Positions 46,732 through 57,218 are shown, counted from the stretch's first letter. The stretch: 64,000 bases of DNA from Coriobacteriia bacterium (GCA_018368455.1 JAGZEG010000005.1:104654-168653); one strand, 5' to 3'. Notes: generated by a model not told the origin, from the letters alone. Translations and numbers: made by a program.

Positions 46732-48222
46732 TTACAGGCACGCCTTCTCGACGATCCTCACCAGCATGCGGATGCCCTGCAGGTAGCCACGCTTCGTGAC
46801 GCGCTCGTCGGTGCCGTGCACGCCGCGATGCTGCTCGTCGGCGTCGACGACCATGGGGCCGAGGCGCAGGCACGCGTCGCAGATGCCCTCGTACATGTGC
46901 GCGTCCGTGCCGCCCGTCGCCAGCGCCGGCACGCAGCTGAGGCCGGAGCCCGTCGAGGGATCGTGCAGGAAGTGCGCCACGGCCTCCGAGACGACCTGCA
47001 TGCCCAGACCCTCGGTCGCGCCCGTCCCCGCGTCGGCGGGCGTGGGCTCGCTCGGCGTCTGGTACATGTCGAGCTCGACGCCCAGATCGGCCGTGAGCTC
47101 GCGGCAGCGTTCCATAACGTCGGCGCTCGTCACGTAGGGGTCGAGTCGGAAGTTGATGACGGCCCACATGTCCTGCGGCATGACGTTGGAGCCCTTCGAG
47201 CCTCCTTCGATCATGTCGGGCGCGATTGTCGTCGTCACGAGCGGGTAGAGCGCGCGACGCTGGGCGCATTCGGCGGCAAGGTGGCTGGCGTTGAGGGACA
47301 CGGCCTCGGCCGCAGACAACCCCTCAGCGCTCACGAGGCTCGCAAACGGCTCCTCAGTGATGCGCGGCGCTAGCGCGGAAAACGTTGCCTGCGCCGGCGG
47401 GGAGAGGCGCAGCGGGTAGGGGTTGTTGACGATGCGCGAGATGGCGCGTGCCAGCGTGGCCAGCGACGTGCCGCCGAACGGGTTGGACGAGTGGCCGCCG
47501 GCGCTGCGCACGGTGATGCGCACGTCGCAGTAGCCCTTCTCCCCGAGCTCAACGAGCTTGAACGGCACGCCGGGCGCCCCGTAGTTGGCACCGTCCGCTA
47601 TGGCATAGTCGCCCTCGTCCACGAGAAACTCTAGCCGCACGCCGCGCTCGGCCAGCACCTTTGCGATGGCGCGCGAACCCTGCTGCAAGCACTCCTCGTC
47701 CTCGCCGAACGCAAGGATGAGCGTTCGCTTGAGCTGACGACCTTCTGCTTCGAGCTGCGCGAGCAGGTACTCGACGGCCTCAAGCTCGCCGATGAGCATC
47801 TCCTTAATGTCCATGGCGCCGCGGCCCCAGATGAACTCGTCGTCCACGTGACCCGAGAACGCGTCGTGTGTCCAGTCCGCCTCTGTGCCGGGGACGACGG
47901 GCACGACGTCCTGGTGCGCCATGAGCTGAACGGGGCGCAGAGAGGGGTCGGTGCCGGGAATCGTGATGAGCAGGCTGTGGCCGATCTCCTCGTACGTGCC
48001 GGCAGCCATGACGTGCGGGTAGCTTGCGCGGATGAGATCGTGGAGCTTGTCGAGCTCGCCGTAGTCGATCTCGCTGACGTCGACAGAGCTAACCGTGCGG
48101 CACTGCAGCGCGCGGGAGAGGTGCTCGATGGCGGCGTCGGCGGGCAGGCCTGGGTAGTCCTGCTCGTTGGCGAGGTAGCGATAGACGTCGGTGCCCTGGC
48201 CGGGTTGGGCGCTTGTGCTCAT
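46732..48222 (-). CDS. M20-family metallopeptidase
   Basis: LMAHQDVVPV, GRGAMDIKE and AFGEDEE motifs. ATG 48222 follows AAGGAGG. Confidence 0.8.
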   Translation of the reverse strand: MSTSAQPGQGTDVYRYLANEQDYPGLPADAAIEHLSRALQCRTVSSVDVSEIDYGELDKLHDLIRASYPHVMAAGTYEEIGHSLLITIPGTDPSLRPVQLMAHQDVVPVVPGTEADWTHDAFSGHVDDEFIWGRGAMDIKEMLIGELEAVEYLLAQLEAEGRQLKRTLILAFGEDEECLQQGSRAIAKVLAERGVRLEFLVDEGDYAIADGANYGAPGVPFKLVELGEKGYCDVRITVRSAGGHSSNPFGGTSLATLARAISRIVNNPYPLRLSPPAQATFSALAPRITEEPFASLVSAEGLSAAEAVSLNASHLAAECAQRRALYPLVTTTIAPDMIEGGSKGSNVMPQDMWAVINFRLDPYVTSADVMERCRELTADLGVELDMYQTPSEPTPADAGTGATEGLGMQVVSEAVAHFLHDPSTGSGLSCVPALATGGTDAHMYEGICDACLRLGPMVVDADEQHRGVHGTDERVTKRGYLQGIRMLVRIVEKACL

Positions 48223-48441
48223 GGGTGGGAACCTCCTTGGGGTCGAAAACGCCCACATAATACTTGGCGCAAATATCCGTGACGTGAACAGGGCAGGCTT
48301 GTTGACGAGCTCCCTTGGAACGGCGGGCCCGCCGCGGCCGTGAGGCGATCCGTCGCGCTGCTCCTATCCGGCGGGGTGGATGCTTTGTAAAGGGGGATAA
48401 TGAACGAGAAGCGCGCGTCTTGGTAGGTGAGGGGGCTGGAG

Positions 48442-50664
48442 ATGTGGTCGAGAAAGCGCCATTCAACGGTGTTCGCGCTTGCCGCGGGCGTCGTTTTGTC
48501 GTCGTGCATCCTTGTACCGACCGCGCTGGCAGCTGAGGCGCTCGATGCGGATGCCTCTCTCGCCGTCGCACAAGAGGACGCTGCTGTTCCGGACGGTCCT
48601 TTGGCCACTTCGACTCCTGATGCCGAGCCTGCCGAGGTTCTGGCTCCCGAGGCTGGGCAGACGCCTGTTTCTCCGGCCGAACTATTGCCTGCTGTTTCCG
48701 ATGAGCCGTCCGACGCTGCTGCGGAGGCTGCTGACGCCCAGCCCGAAACGCCCCCGCTAGATGACGCGGCGGCTTCCCTTCCTTCAGGCGGAGACCTGCC
48801 TGCCAAGACGGAGCACGACCCTGTGGTCGAAGGATCCGCAGACGGTACGCTCGATGCCGATGCCGATGCCGATGCCGATGCCGATGCCGATGCCGATAGC
48901 CCTACTGTGCCTGACCTTGCGGCTGATCGTCCCGCAGGCGATGTCGCTGCTGGCGACGCCGAGGCTGACCCTGCCATGTCGGATCAGCCTCCTTCGGCTG
49001 AGGCCGACGCAACGTTGGATGATTCACGCGATCCCGTCGCGGACCCTTCGGATGCGATTGTTCCCGCCGATTCTGCGGCTAATGACGGGGGCGCCGCGCT
49101 TCCTGGCAACGATCTCGTGCGCTTAGACAGCCAGGCACCCGGCGCCGAGGGAGCCCCTGGGGACTCTGCCGTCCTCTCTCCGTCCGAGGCCGATGGCGCA
49201 GCTATTTCCGGATGGCTCACCGATGACGCCACGGGCCAGACGTTCTACTACGAGCCCGATGGGGAGCGAGCTGTTGGCGAGCGCTCCATCGATGGCTTCT
49301 GGTACTACTTCGACCCCGTAGGGGACCGCGCGATGGCGACAGGGTTTGTTCGCCAGCCCATATCTACAGGCTCCGGATCTTTCAAGACGGTGTACTACGA
49401 CAAGGATGGCAAGCGGGTCACCGGGCTGGCTGAGATTGACGGCCGGACGTACTATTTCGACCCCTCCACGGGTGCGATGACAACGGGCTTCGCCGTTCTC
49501 GACACGGCTCAGAAGGCCGTGGACTCCGGGACGTTCTTCTTCGATCTCGACTCGGGGCAGATGCTGACGGGCGAGCAGCGGCTTCACGGCGGACAGCGCT
49601 GCTTTGATGATGACACCGGAGCCATGGCTACCGGATTCATGTCTGACGGAGGCTCAACATCCGGCAAAACCGTCTATTACGACGGCTTCGATGGCGCCAT
49701 GGTGACGGGCGAGCGGCTCATCGACGGCGGGTGGTACTACTTCGACACCTACGACGGCCATATGGCTCGCGGCTGGACGTATCTGAGCGCTTTTCCCAAG
49801 TGGGTCTACTACGGCGCCGACGGCAAGATGCGCTATGGCGAGCAGTGGATCGATGGCGATCGGTATTGGCTTGACCCGCGCGATGGTTCTTCCAACTATG
49901 CGCAGGTGCTTCGCTGGCGGCTCAACCACGCGACGAGCTCGGGAGGGCTCTCCCTGTTTGGCGGCGCCCATGCGTCCTCGGATTCCATGACGCAGCTCGC
50001 CCGAGCGGTTGGCTCGTTTACGGGCCAGGGGCTTTCGGTGGGTTTCGTGATGATGGACCTGGCCACGGGCCAGGGCGTTTCGTCCAATGCTGACCAGACG
50101 TTCTACTCGGCGAGCACAGTGAAGGCTCCCTACGTCGCGAGCCTGTACGAGAACGCGTTCCATGATGATGCCTCTGCGGCAGCTGCGTGGTATCAGACAC
50201 TGAGTGATGCGTGCGTCTGGTCTGACAATGACGCTTACTATGCGCTGCGCAACGCGTTCGGATCCGCCCCGTTCGCGCAGTGGCTTGGCGACAACGGCGT
50301 CGACCCCAACAAGGCGGCGACCAACTACACGTGGTTTACCCCTCGTGAGCTTGGCAAGCTTTGGGTGCGCATGTTCGACTATTTCGGCACGGCAGGGGAC
50401 GCCGGCCATCAGATGTCGGGGCTGTTCTCCCATGGCTACTATTCCAGCATCTACTACGAGCTCGGCGATCAGTACACCGTTCGCTCGAAGCCTGGTTGGT
50501 ACCCCTACGACCCGGGATATACTGCCACGAACGACGCCGGCATTGTGTATGCGGGGGACCGCCCGTACCTGGTGGCCGTGATGTCCGATGCGCCGGTGCG
50601 CCTTGACCTCACGCAGGCGCTCGTGCGCGCCCTCGAAAACGTGCACGCCAGCATGGTCGGTTAA
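48442..50664 (+). CDS. Secreted protein: signal peptide, acidic linker with a (DA)7 run, cell-wall-binding repeats, then a C-terminal class-A beta-lactamase-like serine hydrolase domain
   Basis: Signal peptide ...LVPTALAAEA. Repeats IDGFWYYFD and IDGRTYYFD. S-x-x-K as SASTVK, SDN as WSDNDAY, and KPG in place of KTG. Confidence 0.75.
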   Translation: MWSRKRHSTVFALAAGVVLSSCILVPTALAAEALDADASLAVAQEDAAVPDGPLATSTPDAEPAEVLAPEAGQTPVSPAELLPAVSDEPSDAAAEAADAQPETPPLDDAAASLPSGGDLPAKTEHDPVVEGSADGTLDADADADADADADADSPTVPDLAADRPAGDVAAGDAEADPAMSDQPPSAEADATLDDSRDPVADPSDAIVPADSAANDGGAALPGNDLVRLDSQAPGAEGAPGDSAVLSPSEADGAAISGWLTDDATGQTFYYEPDGERAVGERSIDGFWYYFDPVGDRAMATGFVRQPISTGSGSFKTVYYDKDGKRVTGLAEIDGRTYYFDPSTGAMTTGFAVLDTAQKAVDSGTFFFDLDSGQMLTGEQRLHGGQRCFDDDTGAMATGFMSDGGSTSGKTVYYDGFDGAMVTGERLIDGGWYYFDTYDGHMARGWTYLSAFPKWVYYGADGKMRYGEQWIDGDRYWLDPRDGSSNYAQVLRWRLNHATSSGGLSLFGGAHASSDSMTQLARAVGSFTGQGLSVGFVMMDLATGQGVSSNADQTFYSASTVKAPYVASLYENAFHDDASAAAAWYQTLSDACVWSDNDAYYALRNAFGSAPFAQWLGDNGVDPNKAATNYTWFTPRELGKLWVRMFDYFGTAGDAGHQMSGLFSHGYYSSIYYELGDQYTVRSKPGWYPYDPGYTATNDAGIVYAGDRPYLVAVMSDAPVRLDLTQALVRALENVHASMVG
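48853..48894 (+). repeat. Perfect in-frame hexanucleotide microsatellite (GATGCC)x7
   Basis: Seven tandem GATGCC units encode DADADADADADADA inside the 48442 gene. Confidence 0.95.
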
Positions 50665-50966
50665 GCCGACTGGCGGGGAACGGTGTGCGGGGTGCCTGTC
50701 GCGTGGGCCGCGGGCGCCCCCGCGCCCTTCCTTCCCCCTGTGCGCGCACGCGCAAGAAAAGCCCAGCTCACACGACCCATAAAATCTAAGCGTTGAAATG
50801 TGAGATTTTTTCTTATCGCAGCGTTAGGCCCCGCCCATGTGGGTACTATTCTCCCCGACAAGATAGCGCCCCGAGCCTCGCGGCCACACCGCGAACAGCC
50901 TGGGGACGGCCGGGCGCCTTCAAGGGGGCGCTGCGGTCGGTAGATTTCGACGAGGAGGTCCTACAC

Positions 50967-51257
50967 ATGCAGTTGAGGCCACTGGGTGATCGCGTCCTGG
51001 TTAAGCCCGACAAGGCGGAGGAGAAGACGGCCTCGGGCCTGTACATCTCCAGCGGTGCGCAGGAGAAGCCGCAGCGCGGCACGGTCGTGGCCGTGGGCGC
51101 CGGCAAGCTCGATGACGACGGCGATCGTATCCCCATGGACGTCAAGGTCGGCGACGTCGTCATCTACGGCAAGTACGGCGGCAACGAGGTCAAGGTCGAC
51201 GGCGAGGACTACCTCCTCATGCGCGACTCTGACATCTACGCCATCGTCGAGGAGTAG
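50967..51257 (+). CDS. groES: Co-chaperonin GroES
   Basis: LRPLGDRVLVKP...EEKTASGLYI...GTVVAVG. ATG follows GAGGAGG. Confidence 0.97.
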   Translation: MQLRPLGDRVLVKPDKAEEKTASGLYISSGAQEKPQRGTVVAVGAGKLDDDGDRIPMDVKVGDVVIYGKYGGNEVKVDGEDYLLMRDSDIYAIVEE

Positions 51258-51336
51258 CGCGCGCCGGGGCCACGGCCCCTTGCCAAGAACCGCTTCTCCG
51301 CTTGCTTGCACTCGTATCTAGGAGGTCACCATACCT

Positions 51337-52977
51337 ATGGCTAAGCAGATTGCTTTCAACGCCGAGGCTCGCGCCAAGCTGGCCAAGGGCGTCAACACCC
51401 TGGCTGACGCTGTCACCGTCACGATGGGCCCCAAGGGCCGCTACGTCGCCCTGCAGCGCTCCTACGGCGCCCCGACCATCACGAACGATGGCGTGTCGGT
51501 CGCCAAGGAGATCGAGCTCCAGGACAACATCGAGAACATGGGTGCCCAGCTCGTGAAGGAGGTCGCCACCAAGACGAACGACATCGTCGGTGACGGCACC
51601 ACCACGGCCACGCTGCTCGCCCAGGTCATCGTGAACCAGGGCCTGCGCAACGTCACGGCCGGCGCCAACCCGCTCGCCATCCGTCGCGGCATCGACAAGG
51701 CCGTCAACGCCGTCGTCGAGCACATGAAGAAGGAGGCCAAGCCTGTCTCCACAAAGGAGCAGATCGCCTCTGTCGGCACCATTTCCGCCGGCGACGCTAC
51801 GGTCGGCAACAAGATCGCCGAGGCCATGGAGGTCGTGGGCAAGGACGGCGTCATCACGGTCGAGGAGTCCCAGACGTTCGGCATCGACATCGATGCTGTC
51901 GAGGGCATGCAGTTCGACAAGGGCTACATCTCGCCCTACTTCGCGACGGACAACGAGCGCATGGTCGCCGACTTCAAGGATCCCTACATCCTCGTCACCG
52001 ACCAGAAGGTCAGCAACATCCAGGACATCCTGCCGCTGCTCGAGGGCGTCATGAAGTCCGGCAAGGCGCTGCTCATCATCGCTGAGGACGTCGACGGCGA
52101 GGCTCTGGCCACGCTGATCCTCAACAAGCTCCGCGGCACGCTGAACGTCGTTGCCGTCAAGGCCCCCGGCTACGGCGACCGTCGTAAGCGCATGCTCGAG
52201 GACATCGCCATCGTGACGGGCGCCGAGCCTGCCATGAGCGACCTGGGCATCAAGCTCGACGCCGTGACGATCGACATGCTCGGTCGCGCCAAGTCCGTCA
52301 AGGTCACGAAGGACAACACGACCATCGTTGACGGCGCTGGCGAGAAGGCCAAGATCGACGAGCGCATCGAGCAGATCAAGGGCGAGATCGAGAACACGAA
52401 GAGCGACTTCGACCGCGAGAAGCTCCAGGAGCGCATGGCCAAGCTGTCTGGCGGTGTTGCCGTCATCAAGGTCGGTGCTGCTACCGAGTCCGAGATGAAG
52501 GAGATCAAGCACCGCATCGAGGACGCGCTGCAGGCCACGCGCGCTGCTGTCGAGGAGGGCATCGTCGCCGGCGGTGGCGTCGCCTTCATGGACGCCCTGC
52601 CCGCGCTCGACGAGCTCAAGGTCTGCGATGCCGACGAGAAGATCGGCGTCGAGATCGTGAAGAAGGCCCTGACGGCTCCTGTGGCCACCATCGCCTCCAA
52701 CGCCGGCTACGAGGGCCAGGTCATCGTCGAGAAGGTCAAGAACATGGAGGCCGGCCACGGTCTGGACTCCGCGTCTGGCCAGTGGGGCGACATGATCGAG
52801 ATGGGCGTGCTCGACCCGGTCAAGGTCACGCGCACGACGCTGCAGAACGCCGCGTCCATCGCCGGCCTTATCCTCATCACCGAGGCCACGGTCACCGATG
52901 TTCCCAAGGACACGACGATCGAGGACGCCATCGCTGCGGCTGCTGCTCAGGGCGGCCAGGGCGGCGGCATGTACTAA
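51337..52977 (+). CDS. groEL: Chaperonin GroEL
   Basis: [11 protein letters not shown]...TVTMGPKGR...[11 protein letters not shown]...C-terminal GGQGGGMY. Confidence 0.98.
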   Translation: MAKQIAFNAEARAKLAKGVNTLADAVTVTMGPKGRYVALQRSYGAPTITNDGVSVAKEIELQDNIENMGAQLVKEVATKTNDIVGDGTTTATLLAQVIVNQGLRNVTAGANPLAIRRGIDKAVNAVVEHMKKEAKPVSTKEQIASVGTISAGDATVGNKIAEAMEVVGKDGVITVEESQTFGIDIDAVEGMQFDKGYISPYFATDNERMVADFKDPYILVTDQKVSNIQDILPLLEGVMKSGKALLIIAEDVDGEALATLILNKLRGTLNVVAVKAPGYGDRRKRMLEDIAIVTGAEPAMSDLGIKLDAVTIDMLGRAKSVKVTKDNTTIVDGAGEKAKIDERIEQIKGEIENTKSDFDREKLQERMAKLSGGVAVIKVGAATESEMKEIKHRIEDALQATRAAVEEGIVAGGGVAFMDALPALDELKVCDADEKIGVEIVKKALTAPVATIASNAGYEGQVIVEKVKNMEAGHGLDSASGQWGDMIEMGVLDPVKVTRTTLQNAASIAGLILITEATVTDVPKDTTIEDAIAAAAAQGGQGGGMY

Positions 52978-53340
52978 GGCATGACGTCTGCTGAGCCCCT
53001 TGCGGGTTCGGGACGGCTATATAGCCTGCGGGGCTGACAACGACTCGGCCGGTCCCGCTCTCAGGGCCTCGCGCTGGCGCATGCCGGTGCGGGGCCCTTT
53101 TGCGTGCGCAGCTCCTGCTTTCGCACAAGGTTTCCGAGGCAGAAAATCTTCCGCCTGAAAACCCACTGAAACGATATGTGTCAGTCTTGAGGGGAAAGAG
53201 GCCTCCTGCCAGAGCTCGAGCAGATTTCAGGTACTTTCAGCACCCGCCGGGTACCATGCCTTTCAGTAAGCAAGAACAAGCCCCGTCTGACACACCTCAA
53301 ACGCGGACCTGACGGGGCCCTTACCGGAAGGGAGCACATC

Positions 53341-54804
53341 ATGAAGCGCACGAATACCGGCGTCGAAGGCGCCCTGATGACCTCTCGCCGCAAGATGCTT
53401 GGCTTTGCCGGCACGTTTGCCGCGGCGGCCCTCTCGCTGGGTCTTGCCGTCGGCGTTCCCGCACTGGCGGCCAATGCCAACTCCTCCGCCAACGATGATG
53501 CGGCTGCCACTGCTACGACGGGCGGCACTGGTTCGGCCACGAACACTGACACGGATTCTGTTTCGCTCGCCCAAGACGTCGCAGCCAAGGCAAGCCCGTC
53601 GGTCGGCACCGTCACGGCGGCCATCTCGACGCCCGAGACGCAGGGCATGGCCATGGGCAGCTGCGTGCTTATCGATGACCAGGGCAACATCCTGACGAAC
53701 TACCACGTCATCGAGGGCTCCACGCAGATCCAGGTCAACCTCAACGGTGCGGACTACGATGCGACGGTCGTTGGGTCCGATCCTTCGAGCGACTTGGCTG
53801 TTCTCAACATCACGCCCGACGAGAACACGCCGGCGCCCATCGAGGTCGGCTCCTCGTCAAATCTGGCGCTGGGAGAGTGGGTCATGACGATCGGCGCCCC
53901 TAAGGGTGAGTCCCAGAGCGTCTCGCAGGGCATCGTCTCCGGCCTGTCGCGCACGGCCTCCTATGAGCTCGGCACGGCGGAGGCCATCTACACCGGCCTC
54001 ATTCAGACGGATGCCATGATCAACGAGGGCAGTTCGGGCGGTGCGCTCGTCAATGCCGATGGCGCACTCGTGGGCATCACGACGCTGTCTGCAACAACGT
54101 CGGGCGACTGGGCCGGCATGTCCTACGCCATCCCGTCTGACTATGCCATGAGCGTCGCGCAGCAGATCATCGAGGACGGTTCCGTCGAGCACCCGTTCGT
54201 GGGCGTGACCCTTGGCGATGTGACGCCGTACAACTATCAGGCAACCGGCTCTGACGCGTATTGGGGCGCTTACATTGGAGAAGTCGTGAGCGGCAGCCCT
54301 GCTGAGGAGGCTGGCCTCCAGTCGGGTGACATCATCACGGCTATCGACGGCGACGACGTGAGCTCTGCCGATGCCGCTATCATCGCCGTGCGCTCTCACG
54401 CGATCGGCGATACGGTGACGTTTACGGTCAATCGCAACGGCAAGAGCGTTGACGTCGACGTGACGCTGGGCTCGGACTCTGAGAGCACGACGGGCTCCGA
54501 GAGCGAGGCGGCTGCCGAGGACACCGGTTCGAACGGTGGCGGCTTCTCGTTCTTCGGCGGGAATGACGGCTCTAACGGCGGCTCCAACGGCTCCGGTGGC
54601 GACACGTGGGGCTGGGGCTGGGGCGGCAACGGCTCTAACGGCGGCTCGTGGGGCTTCTGGAGCAATCCTGGTTCGGGCTACGGCTCGGGTAGCGGCTATG
54701 GCTCGGGGTATGGGTATGACAACGGCTATAGCGAAGGCAGCTATGGCTACGGTTACGGCTACGGAGATAGCGGGCTCCCTGCCTCCGAGCGTACGAGCGC
54801 ATAA
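53341..54804 (+). CDS. htrA: HtrA/DegP-like trypsin-fold serine protease with a PDZ domain and a G/S/N/Y/W-rich C-terminal tail
   Basis: Triad contexts TNYHVIEG, SDLAVLNI and NEGSSGGALV. PDZ motif GSPAEEAGLQSGDIITAIDG. The tail reads GWGWGGNGSNGGSWGFW...GYGSGSGYGSGYGY. Confidence 0.9.
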   Translation: MKRTNTGVEGALMTSRRKMLGFAGTFAAAALSLGLAVGVPALAANANSSANDDAAATATTGGTGSATNTDTDSVSLAQDVAAKASPSVGTVTAAISTPETQGMAMGSCVLIDDQGNILTNYHVIEGSTQIQVNLNGADYDATVVGSDPSSDLAVLNITPDENTPAPIEVGSSSNLALGEWVMTIGAPKGESQSVSQGIVSGLSRTASYELGTAEAIYTGLIQTDAMINEGSSGGALVNADGALVGITTLSATTSGDWAGMSYAIPSDYAMSVAQQIIEDGSVEHPFVGVTLGDVTPYNYQATGSDAYWGAYIGEVVSGSPAEEAGLQSGDIITAIDGDDVSSADAAIIAVRSHAIGDTVTFTVNRNGKSVDVDVTLGSDSESTTGSESEAAAEDTGSNGGGFSFFGGNDGSNGGSNGSGGDTWGWGWGGNGSNGGSWGFWSNPGSGYGSGSGYGSGYGYDNGYSEGSYGYGYGYGDSGLPASERTSA

Positions 54805-54881
54805 CGACTGATCGATAGGCACGCCTGCCCGGCCCGAGCTTCGTGGCCGGGCATCCACATACGTGCACCACTCCTCCTTTG

Positions 54882-54937
54882 GGGCAGGGCCGCCGCTCGG
54901 GTTTTCGACATCCCGACGGTGGCCCTGCCCTTTTCTT
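54882..54937 (+). terminator. Rho-independent terminator downstream of htrA
   Basis: gggcagggccgccg / cggtggccctgccc gives a 14-bp stem with one G:U, then ttttctt. Confidence 0.7.
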
Positions 54938-55491
54938 GGCTGGTGCTGTCTCCCCGGATGGTTCGAAGGCCTCAAGCGGCACGCCCCGTGCGGGGATAGC
55001 CGATTTTTGGCCAGGAATGCCGCCCATGAACATGCCCTCTCCTGAGGTTGTCTCGCGGGATCACATCAGCTTGCACATCGACAATCGCAGGTTCAACATC
55101 CAGTAGCAATAACGCCGCATGTCGTAGAGTGTCTTGCCGTCATAGCGGCAGGATGGCGCCTCCCCTCGAACGAGGGACATACACGAGCTCCGCTCCTGTC
55201 CACGGATCGACTTCCGGCGCGCAGGTTCGGGCCATAACGGAGCACGTACTGCCCGACGCCCCGCTCTCTGTCGCAAGAAGCCATGTGAGTAGGCTATTCC
55301 CCGCCGCACATATTTCTCGCGAGTTTCCGTCGCGCGTCCCCCTCGTTAGCACTTCGCTTCCGCTTGCGTACATCTGCCTGCGGAAACGCTGGTGTAACGT
55401 GTCGAGTTCACCCTTCATCTCGATAGGTAAGAGATGGCCGATCTTGCGCCCACAAGGTGCAGGACGCGACGAAAAGGCGAGGTGAGAGAGC

Positions 55492-56769
55492 ATGTCCGAA
55501 ATCAGTGCCGGCGACACCGCGTTTATCATCATCTGCGCGTTTCTGGTGTTCGTCATGACGCTCGGCATTGCCTTCTTCTACGGAGGAATGGTCCGGCGCA
55601 AGAACGTGGGTAACACGATGCTCATGTGCACGAGCGTCGCGGGCCTCATCAGCGTGCTGTGGGTGGCCGTGGGCTACTCCCTGGCGTTTGGTAGCGGCTT
55701 CGCGACGACTGATGCTGCGGGCGAGTCGGTTGCCAACCCGATTCTGGGCGGCCTTGATCGCCTGTTTCTTTCGGGCATCACGATCGACACGGCGTGGGGC
55801 ACGATCCCCGAGTTTGTGTTCGCGCTGTTCCAGTGCATGTTCGCTCTCATCACGATCGCCATCATCTCCGGCGGCATCGTCGAGCGTATGCGCTTCAGCC
55901 GCTTCCTCATCTTCATCGCGTGCTGGTTGTTGCTCGTATACGCACCGCTGGCTCACATGGTGTGGGGCGGCGGCTGGATCGCGACGACGCTCGGCGCGTA
56001 CGACTTTGCCGGCGGCGACGTCGTGCATATCTCCTCGGGTGTCACGGCGCTCGTGCTTGCGCTTGTCATCGGGCCGCGCAAGGGCAACGGCAAGCTGACG
56101 TATCAGCCACACAACATCCCGTTTGTGCTGCTGGGCACGCTGTTCCTGTGGTTCGGCTGGTTCGGCTTCAACCCGGGCTCGGCTTTGGCGGCTAACGGTC
56201 AGGCTGGCCTGGCATTCGCGACGACGAACACCGCAGCTGCCACGGCGATGCTGGCATGGATGTCCGTCGAGCGCCTGTGCACGGGCAAGGTGACGCTGCT
56301 CGGCGCGTGCTCCGGTGCGGTTGCGGGCCTCGTGGCCATTACGCCCGGCGCGGGCTACGTCGATGTGTGGGCGTCGGTCGTCATGGGCGCGATCGTGGGT
56401 GTCGTCTGCTACTTCGCGGTATCCAAGCTCAAGAAGCACTTCGGCTACGACGACGCGCTCGACGCGTTCGGCGTGCATGGCATCGGCGGCATGTGCGGCA
56501 CGGTGCTGACTGGCATCTTCGCGAATCCCGCCAACTACAGCGACCTGACGGGCCTGCTGTACGGCAACCCGATGCAGGTCGTGGCGCAGCTCGAGTCCGT
56601 GCTGTTCGTCATCGTGTTTGCGGGTGTGATGGCGTTCGCCATCGCGAAGGTCATCCAGCTGGTTGGCGGCCCGCTGCGCGTCACGGAGCGTCAGGAGGCC
56701 GTGGGCCTGGACGTGTCCGAGCACGGTGAGCCTGCGTACCCTGCGTTCAGCGGTATGGATCTCAACTAA
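55492..56769 (+). CDS. amt: Ammonium transporter
   Basis: About 11 TM segments, with DFAGGDVVHISSG and AFGVHGIGGMCG signatures. Confidence 0.95.
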   Translation: MSEISAGDTAFIIICAFLVFVMTLGIAFFYGGMVRRKNVGNTMLMCTSVAGLISVLWVAVGYSLAFGSGFATTDAAGESVANPILGGLDRLFLSGITIDTAWGTIPEFVFALFQCMFALITIAIISGGIVERMRFSRFLIFIACWLLLVYAPLAHMVWGGGWIATTLGAYDFAGGDVVHISSGVTALVLALVIGPRKGNGKLTYQPHNIPFVLLGTLFLWFGWFGFNPGSALAANGQAGLAFATTNTAAATAMLAWMSVERLCTGKVTLLGACSGAVAGLVAITPGAGYVDVWASVVMGAIVGVVCYFAVSKLKKHFGYDDALDAFGVHGIGGMCGTVLTGIFANPANYSDLTGLLYGNPMQVVAQLESVLFVIVFAGVMAFAIAKVIQLVGGPLRVTERQEAVGLDVSEHGEPAYPAFSGMDLN

Positions 56770-56806
56770 GGTGCGAGTGCCCTAGGCACGAGGAAGGAGA
56801 TTCGAC

Positions 56807-57187
56807 ATGAAGAAGATCGAGGCGATCGTCCGTCCCGAGGTCATCGAGGACATCAAGAACGCGCTGTTCGCGGCTGATATCGAGGGCATGACGATCTCGC
56901 AGGCACTGGGCGCGGGCAACCAGCACGGGTGGACGGAGTACTACCGCGGCACCGAGGTGCTCGTGCAGATGCGCGCCAAGGTGAAGATCGAGATCGTGCT
57001 GCCTGACGACGAGGTCGACACCGTCGTGGATACGATCATCGGCTCGGCGAAGACCGGGACGGATGGCGAGGTCGGTGACGGTAAGATCTTTATCTACCCG
57101 GTCGAGGAGGCCATCCGTATCCGTACGGGCGAACGTGGCGACGCGGCCATCCTGACGAGCAAGAAGGTCGCGGCCGGCGCGGCGTAA
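56807..57187 (+). CDS. glnK: P-II nitrogen regulatory protein (amt-linked)
   Basis: MKKIEAIVRP. T-loop GNQHGWTEYYRGTE. GDGKIFIYPVEEAIRIRTGE. Confidence 0.95.
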   Translation: MKKIEAIVRPEVIEDIKNALFAADIEGMTISQALGAGNQHGWTEYYRGTEVLVQMRAKVKIEIVLPDDEVDTVVDTIIGSAKTGTDGEVGDGKIFIYPVEEAIRIRTGERGDAAILTSKKVAAGAA

Positions 57188-57218
57188 GGGACGTCCGAGG
57201 CATAGCGAGCTCCGTCTG

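Noticed and set aside
48853-48894. Possible CRISPR array. The same question was asked of the 57.3-58.2 kb repeats.
   Set aside because: The hexamer repeat is an in-frame coding microsatellite. The 57-kb repeats are degenerate, irregularly spaced and partly inverted, with no constant repeat/spacer periodicity and no cas genes in the window.
50665-51336. CIRCE (HrcA operator) upstream of groES or groEL.
   Set aside because: No TTAGCACTC-N9-GAGTGCTAA-like inverted repeat was found. Only a lone TTGCACTC half-site-like string sits at ~51306. A weak TTGAAA...TTATCG promoter-like pair near 50794-50822 was too poor to call.
53100-53340. Paired short complementary boxes upstream of htrA (tgtgtcag...ttgagg and ctgacaca...cctcaa).
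   Set aside because: The two box pairs are in swapped order, so they do not form a simple hairpin. They are too short to distinguish from chance without conservation data.
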